Of a stretch of DNA of 64,000 bases, positions 19,927 through 30,659 are shown in pieces (the stretch's first letter is position 1; each line of letters begins with the position of its first letter). The translations under genes and the position numbers were made by a program. Under the pieces are notes generated by a model. That model was not told the DNA's origin. It worked only from the letters and a program-made list of their open reading frames with translations, and ran no database searches. Source of the DNA: Nitrospirota bacterium (lineage in GTDB: Bacteria; Nitrospirota; Thermodesulfovibrionia; Thermodesulfovibrionales; Dissulfurispiraceae); NCBI GenBank assembly GCA_040754455.1, contig JBFMCP010000009.1:22337-86336 (forward strand), given 5' to 3'.

Positions 19927-20964
19927 CTATAAGTAATCATTAACCTTCCGTACTTCGAACCTGTCCGACAGCAGAACGTTGTTCACAAAATTGAAGATTT
20001 TCTTCCGGGCATCTCCGCTCACATCAGGGTAGAAGACAGGATTCGCCACCACCGCCCCCCTGAAGGCAAAGAAGGGTGCAAGGACCTCGTAGATCTCTGT
20101 ATCGCCCGACAATCTCACATACTCATTGAAGAAAAGCTCCAATGCCTCATAGTAGGGTCCCGTTACCTGTCCGTGAGCAATGAGTGAAAAGAAAATGTAG
20201 TTGATCGTCAGCGCCGTAACATCATCCGCAGGGTCTCCCCAGGGCCCGCGGCTCCGATCAAGGAGAATAAAATCATTCGTTGTGAACCATATATTCCCCG
20301 GGTGAAAATCGCCGTGGATCTGTGCAAGGCGGTGTATCTTCGGCTTCAGCCGTACGCGCCAATCAATACACCGCTTCTCTATCTCGGCCATCTCCTCGTA
20401 GCTCAAGGTCCCGTCCGGATAGAGATCGAACACCCCCATCAGGCACTCTCCATGCCCTATGGTATCCCGTATCTTTCTCCAGTAGAGAGAACGGGATTCC
20501 TTTTTCTTCGCATGGATATCGGCGAGATATGAGGTCATCTGCCGTATCTTTTCAATATCATCTCTATCCAGTCTGTCTTTTCGGGAGAAATCCTTCAGAT
20601 CGGTAAAGTAATCCCTTCCCTCTCCCCGCTCCATCAGAAGATAGTATTCTTTGCCGCCGCCGATCGATTTCACGGTACCGTCCTCCAGCTCTGCGAGCAC
20701 ATCGATCGCTTTGACGTGCTGGGGGAGATTCTTGTACTCATCGAGATCAAGGAGAAACACCGCTGCCCTGTCCGAAGGATAGTCATGGCCCAGGCCTTCG
20801 GGAATGAGCGTCTTTACAACATACGACCTCGTCCCTTCCGGCATCGCCATTTCAATAAGAAAGCCCGCCCCTTGGACCCCGGAGCCGAGCTTCCTGATAG
20901 TGATAGCTCCGCTACTGCTGAATTCTTTTCTAAGATAGGCCTTCAGAGCATCTTCATTGAGCAT
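19927..20964 (-). CDS. aminoglycoside phosphotransferase (APH)-like kinase
   Basis: HGDFHPGN catalytic loop; start set at 20964 because the longer ORF runs through a heptamer repeat tract. Confidence 0.8.
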   Translation of the reverse strand: MLNEDALKAYLRKEFSSSGAITIRKLGSGVQGAGFLIEMAMPEGTRSYVVKTLIPEGLGHDYPSDRAAVFLLDLDEYKNLPQHVKAIDVLAELEDGTVKSIGGGKEYYLLMERGEGRDYFTDLKDFSRKDRLDRDDIEKIRQMTSYLADIHAKKKESRSLYWRKIRDTIGHGECLMGVFDLYPDGTLSYEEMAEIEKRCIDWRVRLKPKIHRLAQIHGDFHPGNIWFTTNDFILLDRSRGPWGDPADDVTALTINYIFFSLIAHGQVTGPYYEALELFFNEYVRLSGDTEIYEVLAPFFAFRGAVVANPVFYPDVSGDARKKIFNFVNNVLLSDRFEVRKVNDYL

Positions 20965-20983
20965 GGGAACCTCTCTTACTTTA

Positions 20984-21122
20984 AGAATACAGGAGCCAGG
21001 AGCCAGAATCCAGAACAAGATATCAAGAGTCAGAATCCAGAATACAGGAGCCAGGAGAAAAGCATGCAACAAGGGTTTTATTTTTTATTGTTTTTATTCT
21101 GGGTTCTGGCTCCTGTATTCTG
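20984..21122. repeat. heptamer tandem repeats in inverted arrangement
   Basis: CAGGAGC/CAGAATC units mirrored by ATTCTGG/CTCCTG units. Confidence 0.8.
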
Positions 21123-21125
21123 TTT

Positions 21126-22058
21126 TTAGAGCTCCCCGAAATTGCTTTTATAGCGCTCTAGAAATTCCTCATAGGTATAGCTGTGCTCCTGGGTGCCGTA
21201 ATGTTCGACGGCATAGGCTGCGGCAACGGCCCCCAACTTCGCGGCGGTCTCGATATCTTTGCCGAGGGCAAGCCCTTTGAGCAGGCCCGACCGGTAGGCA
21301 TCTCCTGCGCCCGTCGGGTCGACAATAGAGGTAATGGCTGCTGCCGGCACCTTGCTTTCTCCTTCAGAGGTGCTGATAAGCGAGCCTTTCTCGCCGAGGG
21401 TCGTTATAATGGTCCGGGTCATTCCGAGAAGCTCTTTCTTATTTTTACCCGTCATTTTCATGATTAACTCGAGTTCGTAATCATTGGAGATCAGGATGGA
21501 CGAGCCGGTAATCCATTCGATCAGGTCATCTCTGTTCCAGGCAGTCAGTGACTGTCCCGGGTCGCAGATGTAGCGCACGTTCCTGCTTTTGTAGATCTTC
21601 GCATACTCTTTCATGTCCGTGAGATTCCCCGGGCCGATCAAGCCGATGGCGGTCGATGCGTCGAGGCTTTTGAAACGGTATTCGGAGGGGTGCTTCATTG
21701 CCCCGGGATTGAATCCCGTTATCTGGTTGTCCGATTTGTCGGTGGTGATGTAAGCCCCTGCCGTAAATTCCTCGTTGATCACTTTTATTCCCTCAACAGA
21801 GAGCTTATTTTTGTTCAGCCAATCGAAATAGCTCCGGTAGTCCTTGCCTATGGTCGCCAGAATCACCGGCCGCTCTTTCAGGAGGCTTAATGAATAAGCA
21901 ATATTGCCGGCAGTGCCGCCGAATTTTTCTATCATGCCGTTGACCGTAAAGCAGACGTTCAGGATGTGGATCTTGTCGGGTAGAATATGATCTGAAAACT
22001 TTCCCGGAAAGTCCATGATCCGGTCATACGCCAGAGAGCCCGAAATATAAATGTTCAT
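21126..22058 (-). CDS. PfkB-family carbohydrate/nucleoside kinase
   Basis: GGTAGN, DPGQ, DPTGAGDAY. Confidence 0.9.
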   Translation of the reverse strand: MNIYISGSLAYDRIMDFPGKFSDHILPDKIHILNVCFTVNGMIEKFGGTAGNIAYSLSLLKERPVILATIGKDYRSYFDWLNKNKLSVEGIKVINEEFTAGAYITTDKSDNQITGFNPGAMKHPSEYRFKSLDASTAIGLIGPGNLTDMKEYAKIYKSRNVRYICDPGQSLTAWNRDDLIEWITGSSILISNDYELELIMKMTGKNKKELLGMTRTIITTLGEKGSLISTSEGESKVPAAAITSIVDPTGAGDAYRSGLLKGLALGKDIETAAKLGAVAAAYAVEHYGTQEHSYTYEEFLERYKSNFGEL

Positions 22059-22107
22059 GCCAGCCCCTTTGAGGTAAAATTAAAAATTGTGGAATTCATT
22101 CTTTTTT

Positions 22108-23931
22108 TCAATTTTGCTCTTTATTGAGCTCCTCGAGCAGCTTTTCGGCTGTCTTTCTATTGAAGCCCTTTATCTTCATGATCTCATCGACAGAGGACTT
22201 CCTCATCTCTTCTATGCTGCCGAAATGGCGCAAGAGATCGAGCCTGCGCTTTTTGCCGATGCCGGGAATGCGGGTGAGGGGCGACTCCAATGACCTCTTG
22301 TCCCGCAGCTTCCGGTGAAAGCTGATGGCAAACCGATGGACTTCGTCCCTGATTCTCTTCAGGAGTAATGATGTCTTATTCCCGTCCTCAAGGTCAATGA
22401 ATTCGCCGCTCAGCAGCACCGCCCTGTCCGGGTTCTTGGCAACACCGATGATGTCCGTCAAGACGCCGGCCTCTGCCATTGCTTCACGCGCCACCTCGAG
22501 CTGCCCTTTGCCGCCGTCGATGATAATGAGATCAGGGAGTGCCTCATCTATTTTGCTCAGCGTCCTTTTGACAATTTCCTTCATCATGGCGTAGTCGTCC
22601 ATGCCCTGCACCTCTTTGATCTTGAGGTGGCGATAATGGTGCTTTCTGAATTCGCCCTTCTCCCAGTAGATAAAGGCACCGACCGATTCGCTCCCCTGGA
22701 TAGTCGAGACATCGAAGGCGCCGATCGAGACCGGCGGCTTGCTCAGATGCAACCGCTCTCTGAGTGCTTCGAGGATCTCGCTTTCCGATGGCTTTCTCCT
22801 CGCTTTGAAGTGGAGCCGTGCGTTCTCAACCGCCATTCTGAGAAGCTCACGTTTTTTCTCACGCCTGGGCACCGTGATCTCAACGTTCCCTCCTCTCTTT
22901 TCTTTGAGCCAGGCGGTCAGCTCATCGAGGTCGTCAGGCAGGGCATTAACCAGGACGGTTGCAGGAGGAATAATCTCTTTTGCATAGAAGAGCTCAAGGA
23001 AGCTGCGCATGATCTCCGACCCCTCGGAAGTAATCGACCGTTCTACGAGAAAATCCCGTGACCCGATCAGAATGCCGTTTCTCACAAAGAGCACATTCAC
23101 CGCGATGTCCTCGCCCTCACGGTAGTAGCCGATCACATCGAGGTCACCAAGTTCCGGTGCAAGCACCTTCTGCGATTCGAATGCCCGCTGGAGTCTGAAA
23201 ATACTGTCCCTCACCTGCGCCGCTTCCTCGTAGCGTAGCTGATCCGAGAGCACCTGCATCTTATGCTCAAGGGTTTCGAGCAGCTCCTGCTTTTTCCCTG
23301 ACAGGAAGAGTCTGACGTCCTCGACGATCTCCCGGTATTCCTCTTTCGTCGTCAGGCCTGCACAGGGCGCCGGACACTTCTTCATCTGGTGCTGAATGCA
23401 GGGGCGCATCGGCTTGTCCAGTGTATAGTTGCAGGGCCTGACAGGAAAGTTCCTCCGGATAAAGGCGATCGCCTCCCACATGGCCTGGGCAGGAATATAG
23501 GGGCCGAAGTAGAGATCGCCGTCCCGCTTAATGCCCCGCACCACTTCGACGCGCGGCCATTCCTCGGTGATCGTCAGTTTGATGTAAGGGTAATTCTTAT
23601 CATCTCTCAGGATGATATTGAAGTTCGGCTTGTACTGCTTGATGAGGTTCGCCTCCAGGATAAGGGCCTCCAGCTCGTTGTCCGTAACGATATAGGAGAA
23701 GTCCCTGATCATCCTGACCATGGCGATCTTTCGGGGCTCCAGATTCGCGGATTCCTGGAAATAGCTCCTCAGCCGGTTTCTCAGGACCTTGGCTTTTCCC
23801 ACATAGAGCACTTTGTCCTTGTGATTTTTAAAGATATAGACGCCGGGACGCTTCGGGACTTCGGAGATCTTTTCTGTCAGCGCTTTTTGCGACGAATCGG
23901 GAGATGCTTTCGTTGATGCATTTGAAATCAT
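22108..23931 (-). CDS. uvrC: excinuclease ABC subunit C
   Basis: GIY-YIG PGVY..LYVGKA, LRDDKNYPY, IDGGKGQ, RDEVHRFA, HhH. Confidence 0.95.
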   Translation of the reverse strand: MISNASTKASPDSSQKALTEKISEVPKRPGVYIFKNHKDKVLYVGKAKVLRNRLRSYFQESANLEPRKIAMVRMIRDFSYIVTDNELEALILEANLIKQYKPNFNIILRDDKNYPYIKLTITEEWPRVEVVRGIKRDGDLYFGPYIPAQAMWEAIAFIRRNFPVRPCNYTLDKPMRPCIQHQMKKCPAPCAGLTTKEEYREIVEDVRLFLSGKKQELLETLEHKMQVLSDQLRYEEAAQVRDSIFRLQRAFESQKVLAPELGDLDVIGYYREGEDIAVNVLFVRNGILIGSRDFLVERSITSEGSEIMRSFLELFYAKEIIPPATVLVNALPDDLDELTAWLKEKRGGNVEITVPRREKKRELLRMAVENARLHFKARRKPSESEILEALRERLHLSKPPVSIGAFDVSTIQGSESVGAFIYWEKGEFRKHHYRHLKIKEVQGMDDYAMMKEIVKRTLSKIDEALPDLIIIDGGKGQLEVAREAMAEAGVLTDIIGVAKNPDRAVLLSGEFIDLEDGNKTSLLLKRIRDEVHRFAISFHRKLRDKRSLESPLTRIPGIGKKRRLDLLRHFGSIEEMRKSSVDEIMKIKGFNRKTAEKLLEELNKEQN

Positions 23932-24024
23932 AGAGATACTATATCACATTCATTGACAGCGCAAGAAGGAGTGCAACAGCTACTTAACACCTGCAGCAGC
24001 TTACTGCTATAATAGGCCCAAAGT

Positions 24025-25806
24025 ATGTTGTCGTTTAACTGGAAAAAGCTGCTCATCCTTCCTTTTTTCGCGATCTGCTCCGGCGCGCTCATCGGCCTCC
24101 TGTACTGGAGCCTTTCGGACCTCCCTGAAGTGAAAACCCTCGAAGGCTACACACCGCTCGAATCTTCCTTTGTCTATTCTTCCGACGGCGCCGTGCTTGC
24201 AGAGCTCTATATGGAGCGGAGGAGCTACATTCCCCATCACCAGATCCCCGACCACATAAAGAAGGCCTTTATCGCCATCGAAGACCAACGCTTCTATTCC
24301 CACCCGGGAGTGGACCTGATCGGCATTCTTCGCGCCCTTTACAAGGACATCATGGCCCACAGTATTGTCGAAGGCGGGAGCACGATAACGCAGCAGCTGA
24401 CGAAGATGCTCTTCCTCAAGCCTGAAAAAAGTCTTTCCCGGAAGATCAAGGAAGCGATCATCTCGATTCAGATAGAAAAACGGTATACAAAAGACGAGAT
24501 ATTGGGCATGTACCTGAACAAATCCTACTTCGGCACAAGGGCATACGGCATCGCGGCAGCCGCCCAGACTTACTTCGGCAAATCGGTAGAAGAATTATCG
24601 GTAGCGGAGGCAGCCATGCTGGCCGGCCTGCAGAAAGCACCCACAATGTATTCACCCTTTAAGAATCCCGACAGGACGCTGGCCCGGCGGCAGCTGGTGC
24701 TCAAGAAGATGCTCAAGAGCGGATTCATAACTGCCGAAGAATATGAGCGCGCCAATGCCGAGCCTCTCCCCTCTGCTCCCCACTACCGGCGCTACGAGGC
24801 GCCTTATTTTGTCGAGTTCCTGAGACAGCAGCTCGAGGCCCGCTACAGTGACAAGATATACACCTCCGGGCTCAGGGTCTATTCGACGATTGATTATACG
24901 ATGCAGAAGATTGCCGAGGAGGCGGTCAGAAACGGTATCGCTGCACTCGAACGAAGAGTAAAGCCCGGCGTCCAGGCAGCGCTGGTCGCCGTTGATCCCA
25001 GGACAGGACATATAAAGGCAATGGTCGGCGGCACCGACTTCTGGGAGACCCAGTTCAACAGGGCGACACAGGCATTGCGCCAGCCCGGCTCGGCCTTTAA
25101 ACCCTTCGTCTATGCGGCAGCTGTTGAAAGCGGCATGTCCGCAGATGATGAAGTGCTCGACGAGCCCGTATCCTTTGCAGGGGCAAAGCCGAACAGTACA
25201 TGGTCCCCGAAGAACTACGATGGCAAGTACCATGGTCATATCTCTTTGAAGAAAGCCCTTGCCCTTTCATTAAATACCGCAACGGTCCGGCTTGCCAATG
25301 ATGTCGGGCTCAAGGAGGTCATCGCCCTCGCGAAGAAGAGCGGCATAAGGAGCGAGCTGCAGCCCTACCTTCCCATTGCCCTGGGCGCATCGGATGTGAC
25401 ATTGCTCGAAATCACCTCTGCCTACGGCGTGTTTGCGACAGGCAGACGCGTCGACCCCGTTGCCTATGAGCGTATACTCAACCGGGATGGAGTGCCCCTT
25501 GAAGAGATCATCGCATCGACCGAGGAGGTGCTCTCACAGGAAGCAACAGAGAAGATGAAAGAACTCCTCCGGGGGGTTGTTGAGAGCGGCACGGCAGTGA
25601 AGGCGAAAGAGTTGCACGACGTCGTCTACGGCAAGACCGGAACGACCAACGACTACTCCGATGCCTGGTTTATCGGCTTCAATGACCGGCTGGTGGTCGG
25701 CGTCTGGGTGGGAAGGGACAGCCACAAGCCCCTCGGCCCGAAAGAGACCGGAGCGCAGGCCGCCCTGCCGATCTGGATGGAGTTCATGAAGAATATACAG
25801 CAGTAG
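24025..25806 (+). CDS. class A penicillin-binding protein (PBP1A family)
   Basis: EDQRF, GGSTITQQ, RQPGSAFK, SLN, GKTGT. Confidence 0.93.
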   Translation: MLSFNWKKLLILPFFAICSGALIGLLYWSLSDLPEVKTLEGYTPLESSFVYSSDGAVLAELYMERRSYIPHHQIPDHIKKAFIAIEDQRFYSHPGVDLIGILRALYKDIMAHSIVEGGSTITQQLTKMLFLKPEKSLSRKIKEAIISIQIEKRYTKDEILGMYLNKSYFGTRAYGIAAAAQTYFGKSVEELSVAEAAMLAGLQKAPTMYSPFKNPDRTLARRQLVLKKMLKSGFITAEEYERANAEPLPSAPHYRRYEAPYFVEFLRQQLEARYSDKIYTSGLRVYSTIDYTMQKIAEEAVRNGIAALERRVKPGVQAALVAVDPRTGHIKAMVGGTDFWETQFNRATQALRQPGSAFKPFVYAAAVESGMSADDEVLDEPVSFAGAKPNSTWSPKNYDGKYHGHISLKKALALSLNTATVRLANDVGLKEVIALAKKSGIRSELQPYLPIALGASDVTLLEITSAYGVFATGRRVDPVAYERILNRDGVPLEEIIASTEEVLSQEATEKMKELLRGVVESGTAVKAKELHDVVYGKTGTTNDYSDAWFIGFNDRLVVGVWVGRDSHKPLGPKETGAQAALPIWMEFMKNIQQ

Positions 25807-25847
25807 AAACCACAAGAAAAGACCGAGGCTTACACGTTTGCGCTACA

Positions 25848-25904
25848 GCAGGGAGGGGCACTACAAGGAAGCGCTATAAACCTCCTTTCTGCACCCCTCC
25901 CTGC
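25848..25904 (+). repeat. internally deleted copy 2 of the structured repeat
   Basis: GCAGGGAGGGG..CCCCTCCCTGC ends joined at the shared AAGGA. Confidence 0.75.
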
Positions 25905-25989
25905 CTTCTCCTTCGTATATGCTTGTTTGATGCGTTTGCATTGACAACGAATAGTAATAACGTTTCTGAAAATGATACAATGAGTACTT

Positions 25990-26769
25990 ATGGGAAAAAC
26001 GATAGTTGTTGCAAATCAGAAGGGCGGCGTCGGAAAAACGACGACCGCAGTGAACCTTTCCGCCTCCCTTGCCCTTGCTGAAAAAGATATCCTGGTCATC
26101 GATACCGACCCGCAGGGCAACCTGACCAGCGGCCTCGGCATAAGCAGGGAGAATGTGGAGCGGAGCCTCTATGATGTCTATACGGGAAGGTTTCCGCTCG
26201 AAGAGGTCATTGCCGGGACAGCAATCCCTCACCTGTTTATCGTTCCCTCGACGATTGATCTCCTTGGTGTCGAAGTGGAACTCGTCCAGAGGGAGGGAAG
26301 AGAGCGGATCCTCCTCAAAGAGATCGCCACGATCAAGGACAACTACCGCTATATCTTCATTGATTGTCCTCCTTCACTCGGCTTGCTTACCCTGAACGGA
26401 CTCGTTGCCGCGGATTCCGTTCTCATTCCGGTGCAGTGCGAATACTATTCGCTCGAGGGGCTCAGTCTTCTGTCGAGGACGCTCACGCTGGTGCGGGGCT
26501 CCTTCAATCCCGATCTCGATATCGAGGGAATTCTCCTCACCATGTACGATGCCCGGAACAGCCTGTCCCATCAGGTCGAAGCAGAGGTCAGAAAGTTCTT
26601 CAAAGAGAAGGTGTACCAGACCATGATCCCGAGGAATGTGACGCTGGGAGAGGCTCCGAGCCACGGAAAACCGGCCATCCTCTATGATGCCCGTTCAAAA
26701 GGGGCGCAGAGTTATTTATCCCTTGCAAAGGAGATGCTACATGAAAACGGCACTAGGCAAAGGGCTTGA
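25990..26769 (+). CDS. parA: chromosome partitioning ATPase ParA/Soj
   Basis: KGGVGKTT, DPQGN, DCPPSLG. Confidence 0.95.
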   Translation: MGKTIVVANQKGGVGKTTTAVNLSASLALAEKDILVIDTDPQGNLTSGLGISRENVERSLYDVYTGRFPLEEVIAGTAIPHLFIVPSTIDLLGVEVELVQREGRERILLKEIATIKDNYRYIFIDCPPSLGLLTLNGLVAADSVLIPVQCEYYSLEGLSLLSRTLTLVRGSFNPDLDIEGILLTMYDARNSLSHQVEAEVRKFFKEKVYQTMIPRNVTLGEAPSHGKPAILYDARSKGAQSYLSLAKEMLHENGTRQRA

Positions 26770-27574
26770 GGCATTACTCCCCGAAAAAGGGGATGAGGTT
26801 ATCAAGATCGATATCGGGAAGATCCTTCCCAACGAATACCAGCCGCGAAAGGTATTCAGGGATGAAGCGCTGAAAGACCTTGCCGATTCGATAAAGGAGA
26901 AGGGCGTACTCCAGCCGGTGATCGTATCGCGGGCAGGGGACGGCACCTTCAGGCTTATTGCCGGCGAGCGGAGATGGAGGGCCTCACATCTCGCGGGGCT
27001 CACCAAGATCCCCGCGCTCATCAAGGATGTCTCCTCCCAGGATGCCATCGAAATCGCGCTCATCGAAAATATCCAGCGTGAAGAGCTGAATCCCTTAGAA
27101 ACCGCCGAGGCGCTGCAGCGGCTCCTCAAGGAATTCAACCTTACTCAGGAGGCGCTGTCACAGAGAGTAAGCAAAGATAGGGCGACGATCGCAAACTACC
27201 TACGCATCCTCAAATTGCCCGACGAGATCAAGACGATGGTGAACAATATGACGCTCTCCCTCGGCCACGCAAAGGCGCTCCTCTCCATCGAGACCAAGCA
27301 GAAGCAGATCGAGGCGGCACGGGAGATCATAAAACAGGGGCTGAGCGTCAGGGCTGCAGAGGCATTATGCAAGCGGCTGAGCGAGACTTCTCCGGCAAAG
27401 ACAAAAAAGAAAAAAGAGAAGCTCCCCGAGGTGGCCGATCTCGAAGCCAAGCTCTCGCGCTCGCTGGGGACAAAGGTAAAGATCCACCACAAGGATAAGC
27501 GGGGAAAAATAGAGATCGAGTACTATTCGCTCGATGAGCTCGACCGCCTGCTCGAAGTCCTGCTCCAGGAATAG
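26741..27574 (+). CDS. parB: chromosome partitioning protein ParB/Spo0J
   Basis: QPR, AGERRWRA, ENIQRE; ATG at 26741 after AAGGAG. Confidence 0.95.
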   Translation: MKTALGKGLEALLPEKGDEVIKIDIGKILPNEYQPRKVFRDEALKDLADSIKEKGVLQPVIVSRAGDGTFRLIAGERRWRASHLAGLTKIPALIKDVSSQDAIEIALIENIQREELNPLETAEALQRLLKEFNLTQEALSQRVSKDRATIANYLRILKLPDEIKTMVNNMTLSLGHAKALLSIETKQKQIEAAREIIKQGLSVRAAEALCKRLSETSPAKTKKKKEKLPEVADLEAKLSRSLGTKVKIHHKDKRGKIEIEYYSLDELDRLLEVLLQE

Positions 27575-27582
27575 TTCTTCAT

Positions 27583-27697
27583 CGTTATCAGGTTATTGAT
27601 AGTTATTCGTAGTTATTGATGGTTATAAGGTAAGCTCTTTCAACTTATCTCTTCGCCATAAATAACCTGATAACAACAAATAACTATGAATAACTAA
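27583..27697. repeat. short GTTAT/ATAAC tandem repeats in inverted arrangement
   Basis: GTTATCAGGTTAT..ATAACCTGATAAC between convergent genes. Confidence 0.6.
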
Positions 27698-28214
27698 GGA
27701 ACTCATCCACCGCTTTTGACCATACTTCATAGCCCCGGTCGCTCAGGTGGACGCCGTCATCGAGGAGGCAGGAGGCATCGGGATTGCCGTTCTCATCCAC
27801 AAAGAGCTGGTACACATCGAGATACACACCGCCGGAGGCTTCCGCGATCTTTTTGAGATCGCTGTTGATGCCCTTGATCACGCCATTATCGATCCACGGC
27901 AAGAGCACCGGCAGGATGCTCTGCACCACGATCACCGATCCCTTCAGCCATTCGGACAATCTTTTAACAATCTCTCTGTACGTATCCGCAATATCATAAT
28001 CATCCATGGCGATATTGTTGATACCGGTCATGACGAAGACGACATCAGGGTTTTGCATGCGGGAGAGCTCCCAGTTCAGACGGTTCAGGAGACCCTCGGC
28101 AGGCTCTCCTGCGATACCGAGATTTTTTACCCGGTGCTCAGGAAATCGCTGCTGCCAATCGTAGTACTCGGTGAGGGAATCGCCTATGAAGACAAGCGAA
28201 CGAGGGGTGTTCAT
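27684..28214 (-). CDS. SGNH/GDSL hydrolase
   Basis: FIGDSLT, GINN, DGVH. Confidence 0.88.
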   Translation of the reverse strand: MNTPRSLVFIGDSLTEYYDWQQRFPEHRVKNLGIAGEPAEGLLNRLNWELSRMQNPDVVFVMTGINNIAMDDYDIADTYREIVKRLSEWLKGSVIVVQSILPVLLPWIDNGVIKGINSDLKKIAEASGGVYLDVYQLFVDENGNPDASCLLDDGVHLSDRGYEVWSKAVDEFLSYS

Positions 28215-28268
28215 GAAGATTATCTTATATAAAATCGAATGAAAGGGCAAACGTATCACAATGGGTAA

Positions 28269-28472
28269 AGGCAGGGAGGGGCACTACAAGAAGCTTTATA
28301 ATGCGCGATTTAGTGAACCTCCCCGCGGCAAGCCGACGGGGAACTCTGCAAAGCTTTCGTTAGAATAGATCTGCATCACTTCTCTGTTTAAACACAGGTA
28401 ATATCAGAGTTTGTTTCGCTTGTGGAAACTAAGGAAGCGCTATGAACCTCTTTTCCTCACCCCTCCCTGCCT
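28269..28472 (+). repeat. copy 3 of the structured repeat, carrying the 50-bp element at 28311..28360
   Basis: AGGCAGGGAGGGG/CCCCTCCCTGCCT ends; interior homologous to copy 1. Confidence 0.8.
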
Positions 28473-28590
28473 CAATTATGCATGCCCTTTTGATGGCAAT
28501 CTCCATTGCATCGTCCTTTCAAAAGGGTATAATTATGGTAAGGAGAAAGTCGCTTCTGCGTTTAAATACTGGTATAAACAGGAGATCATC

Positions 28591-29124
28591 ATGGCTACTT
28601 TCAAAGATCGTATGGTCAGTGCCGCCAAGCTGAATGTGAATCTCTACGAGGAGGTCGAGGCGGATACCTCTGCGATGAACCAGGCACTTCTCGTGGTCGT
28701 GCTCTCCAGTTTTGCCGCAGGGATCGGCGCCTTTGAGCGGGGCGGCATCACGGGCATCATTCTGGGGACCGGCACCGCCCTTGCAGGGTGGTTCATCTGG
28801 GCCTATCTCACCTATATTATCGGCACAAAACTGTTGCCCGAACCACAGACCTCGGCAACGCTCGGCGAATTGCTGCGCACGATCGGCTTCTCAAGCTCGC
28901 CCGGGCTCATTCGTATCGCAGGCATCATACCAGGTCTGACCGGCATCGTCTTTTTCATCGCCTCTGTCTGGATGTTCGTCGCCATGGTCATCGGCGTGCG
29001 GCAGGCGCTCGACTATACGAGCACGCTCCGTGCGGTAGGCGTCTGTCTCATCGGCTGGATCGTCCAGATACTCCTCATCGCCCTTCTCTTATTCCTTATC
29101 GGCACCCCGCTGAGAGATATATGA
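28591..29124 (+). CDS. YIP1-family membrane protein
   Basis: YEEVEAD, LLRTIGF, VRQALDY; multiple TM segments; AGGAG RBS. Confidence 0.75.
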   Translation: MATFKDRMVSAAKLNVNLYEEVEADTSAMNQALLVVVLSSFAAGIGAFERGGITGIILGTGTALAGWFIWAYLTYIIGTKLLPEPQTSATLGELLRTIGFSSSPGLIRIAGIIPGLTGIVFFIASVWMFVAMVIGVRQALDYTSTLRAVGVCLIGWIVQILLIALLLFLIGTPLRDI

Positions 29125-29231
29125 TGCTTTCTCTCTATGGACAGATGCGCGCTCTTGCACAAAATGCTGCGTAAAGGTACTGTAACCATACATCCTCGTT
29201 CCCCTACTGCCTACGATGCTATGGTGAGGAA

Positions 29232-30659
29232 ATGAAGGTCCTGATCATAAATACCAATCGTCATACCCTTCCGGTGCCGGTCATGCCGGTCGGCGCCTGC
29301 ATGGTCGCCGATGCTGCCGCGCATGCAGGGCATGAGGTGAGCTTTCTCGACCTTGCCTTTGAAAAAGATCACCTTAGCGCGCTCGCGCAGGAGCTCCGGA
29401 GGAGCAGCCCTGATGTGGTCGGGCTTTCGATACGGAACATCGACAACAACGACATGCACAATCCCGTCTGCTTTATCAAAGGGCTGCGCTCTCTGATCAT
29501 TACCATCAGGGATATGACAAAGGCGCGCATCGTGCTCGGCGGCGCTGCGGTTTCGGTAATGCCGGATGAAATTATGCGCTACACCGGCGTGCACCTTGCC
29601 GTGATCGGAGACGGCGAGGTCGTTTTTCCGAAGCTGCTGAGCGCCCTCGACACCCCCTCGGAGCTGTACCGCCTCCCCGGCATTGCCTGGATAGAAAAGA
29701 GCCGCTTTAGAAAAAATCCCCGCCTCTCCCCATTTCCTTCAGAGAGCTGTTCCGCCCCCGACTTTCATCGATGGATAAAGATAAAGAACTACATCTCTCA
29801 CCTGGCCACCGTGCCGCTCCAGACAAAACTCGGCTGCCAGTTCAACTGCATCTATTGCACCTACAATAAGATCGAGGGATCTTCGTATCGCCTCTTCAGT
29901 CCCGAGAGCGTCGTGGATGCGGTCCGCAAGTTTGCTTCCCTCGGCTTCCGCGATATTGAATTCGTCGACAATGTTTTCAACGCTCCCTACACGCATGCCC
30001 TCTCGGTCTGTGAGGCCCTCTCCCGCTCCCGGCACCGCATGCGGCTCCAGAGCCTGGAGCTGAACCCTCTCTTCATTGATGACGCGCTCATCACCGGTCT
30101 GGAGCGTGCCGGTTTTACCGGCGCCGGCATCACGGTCGAAAGTGCATCAGACACCGTACTCGCCGGCCTCGGAAAAAATTTCACTACGCAGCATGTCTAT
30201 CATGCAGCAGAAGTAATGCGCCGCCACCGTCTGCCCTGCCTCTGGATATTCATGCTCGGAGGTCCGGGCGAAACAGCGGCGACCGTACGCGAGACGATCC
30301 GTTTTGCCGAAACCGCCATCCGGCCTCAGGACAGCGCCTTTTTCAATATAGGTATCCGCATCTATCCCGGCACCGACCTTGAGTCGCTGGCGCGAAAACA
30401 GGGACTCCTCTCCCTCTCTCCCCTGGATATGCTCGAGTCGGTCTTTTACACGTCTCCTGACGTGCCGTATCACCAGATTGTGACCCAGGTCCAGCACTCC
30501 ATGAATACCCATATGAACTTCATCTGCTCTGATTCGATCGGCATGCCTCTCCTCTCCTCGCTTCATCGCTGGGGCTACCGTTTGGGAATACGGCCCCCGC
30601 TCTGGCGGTACACACCCCTTATCCGGAGAGGGCTTCGCTCGATGGGGATGCGTGTATGA
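29232..30659 (+). CDS. cobalamin-binding radical SAM protein
   Basis: N-terminal B12-binding domain (SIRNIDN, LGG, GDGE), CQFNCIYC. Confidence 0.9.
   Translation: MKVLIINTNRHTLPVPVMPVGACMVADAAAHAGHEVSFLDLAFEKDHLSALAQELRRSSPDVVGLSIRNIDNNDMHNPVCFIKGLRSLIITIRDMTKARIVLGGAAVSVMPDEIMRYTGVHLAVIGDGEVVFPKLLSALDTPSELYRLPGIAWIEKSRFRKNPRLSPFPSESCSAPDFHRWIKIKNYISHLATVPLQTKLGCQFNCIYCTYNKIEGSSYRLFSPESVVDAVRKFASLGFRDIEFVDNVFNAPYTHALSVCEALSRSRHRMRLQSLELNPLFIDDALITGLERAGFTGAGITVESASDTVLAGLGKNFTTQHVYHAAEVMRRHRLPCLWIFMLGGPGETAATVRETIRFAETAIRPQDSAFFNIGIRIYPGTDLESLARKQGLLSLSPLDMLESVFYTSPDVPYHQIVTQVQHSMNTHMNFICSDSIGMPLLSSLHRWGYRLGIRPPLWRYTPLIRRGLRSMGMRV

Noticed and set aside
20965..21072. N-terminal extension of the APH-like ORF
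   Set aside because: It is translated heptamer repeat sequence; a GAGG RBS precedes the ATG at 20964
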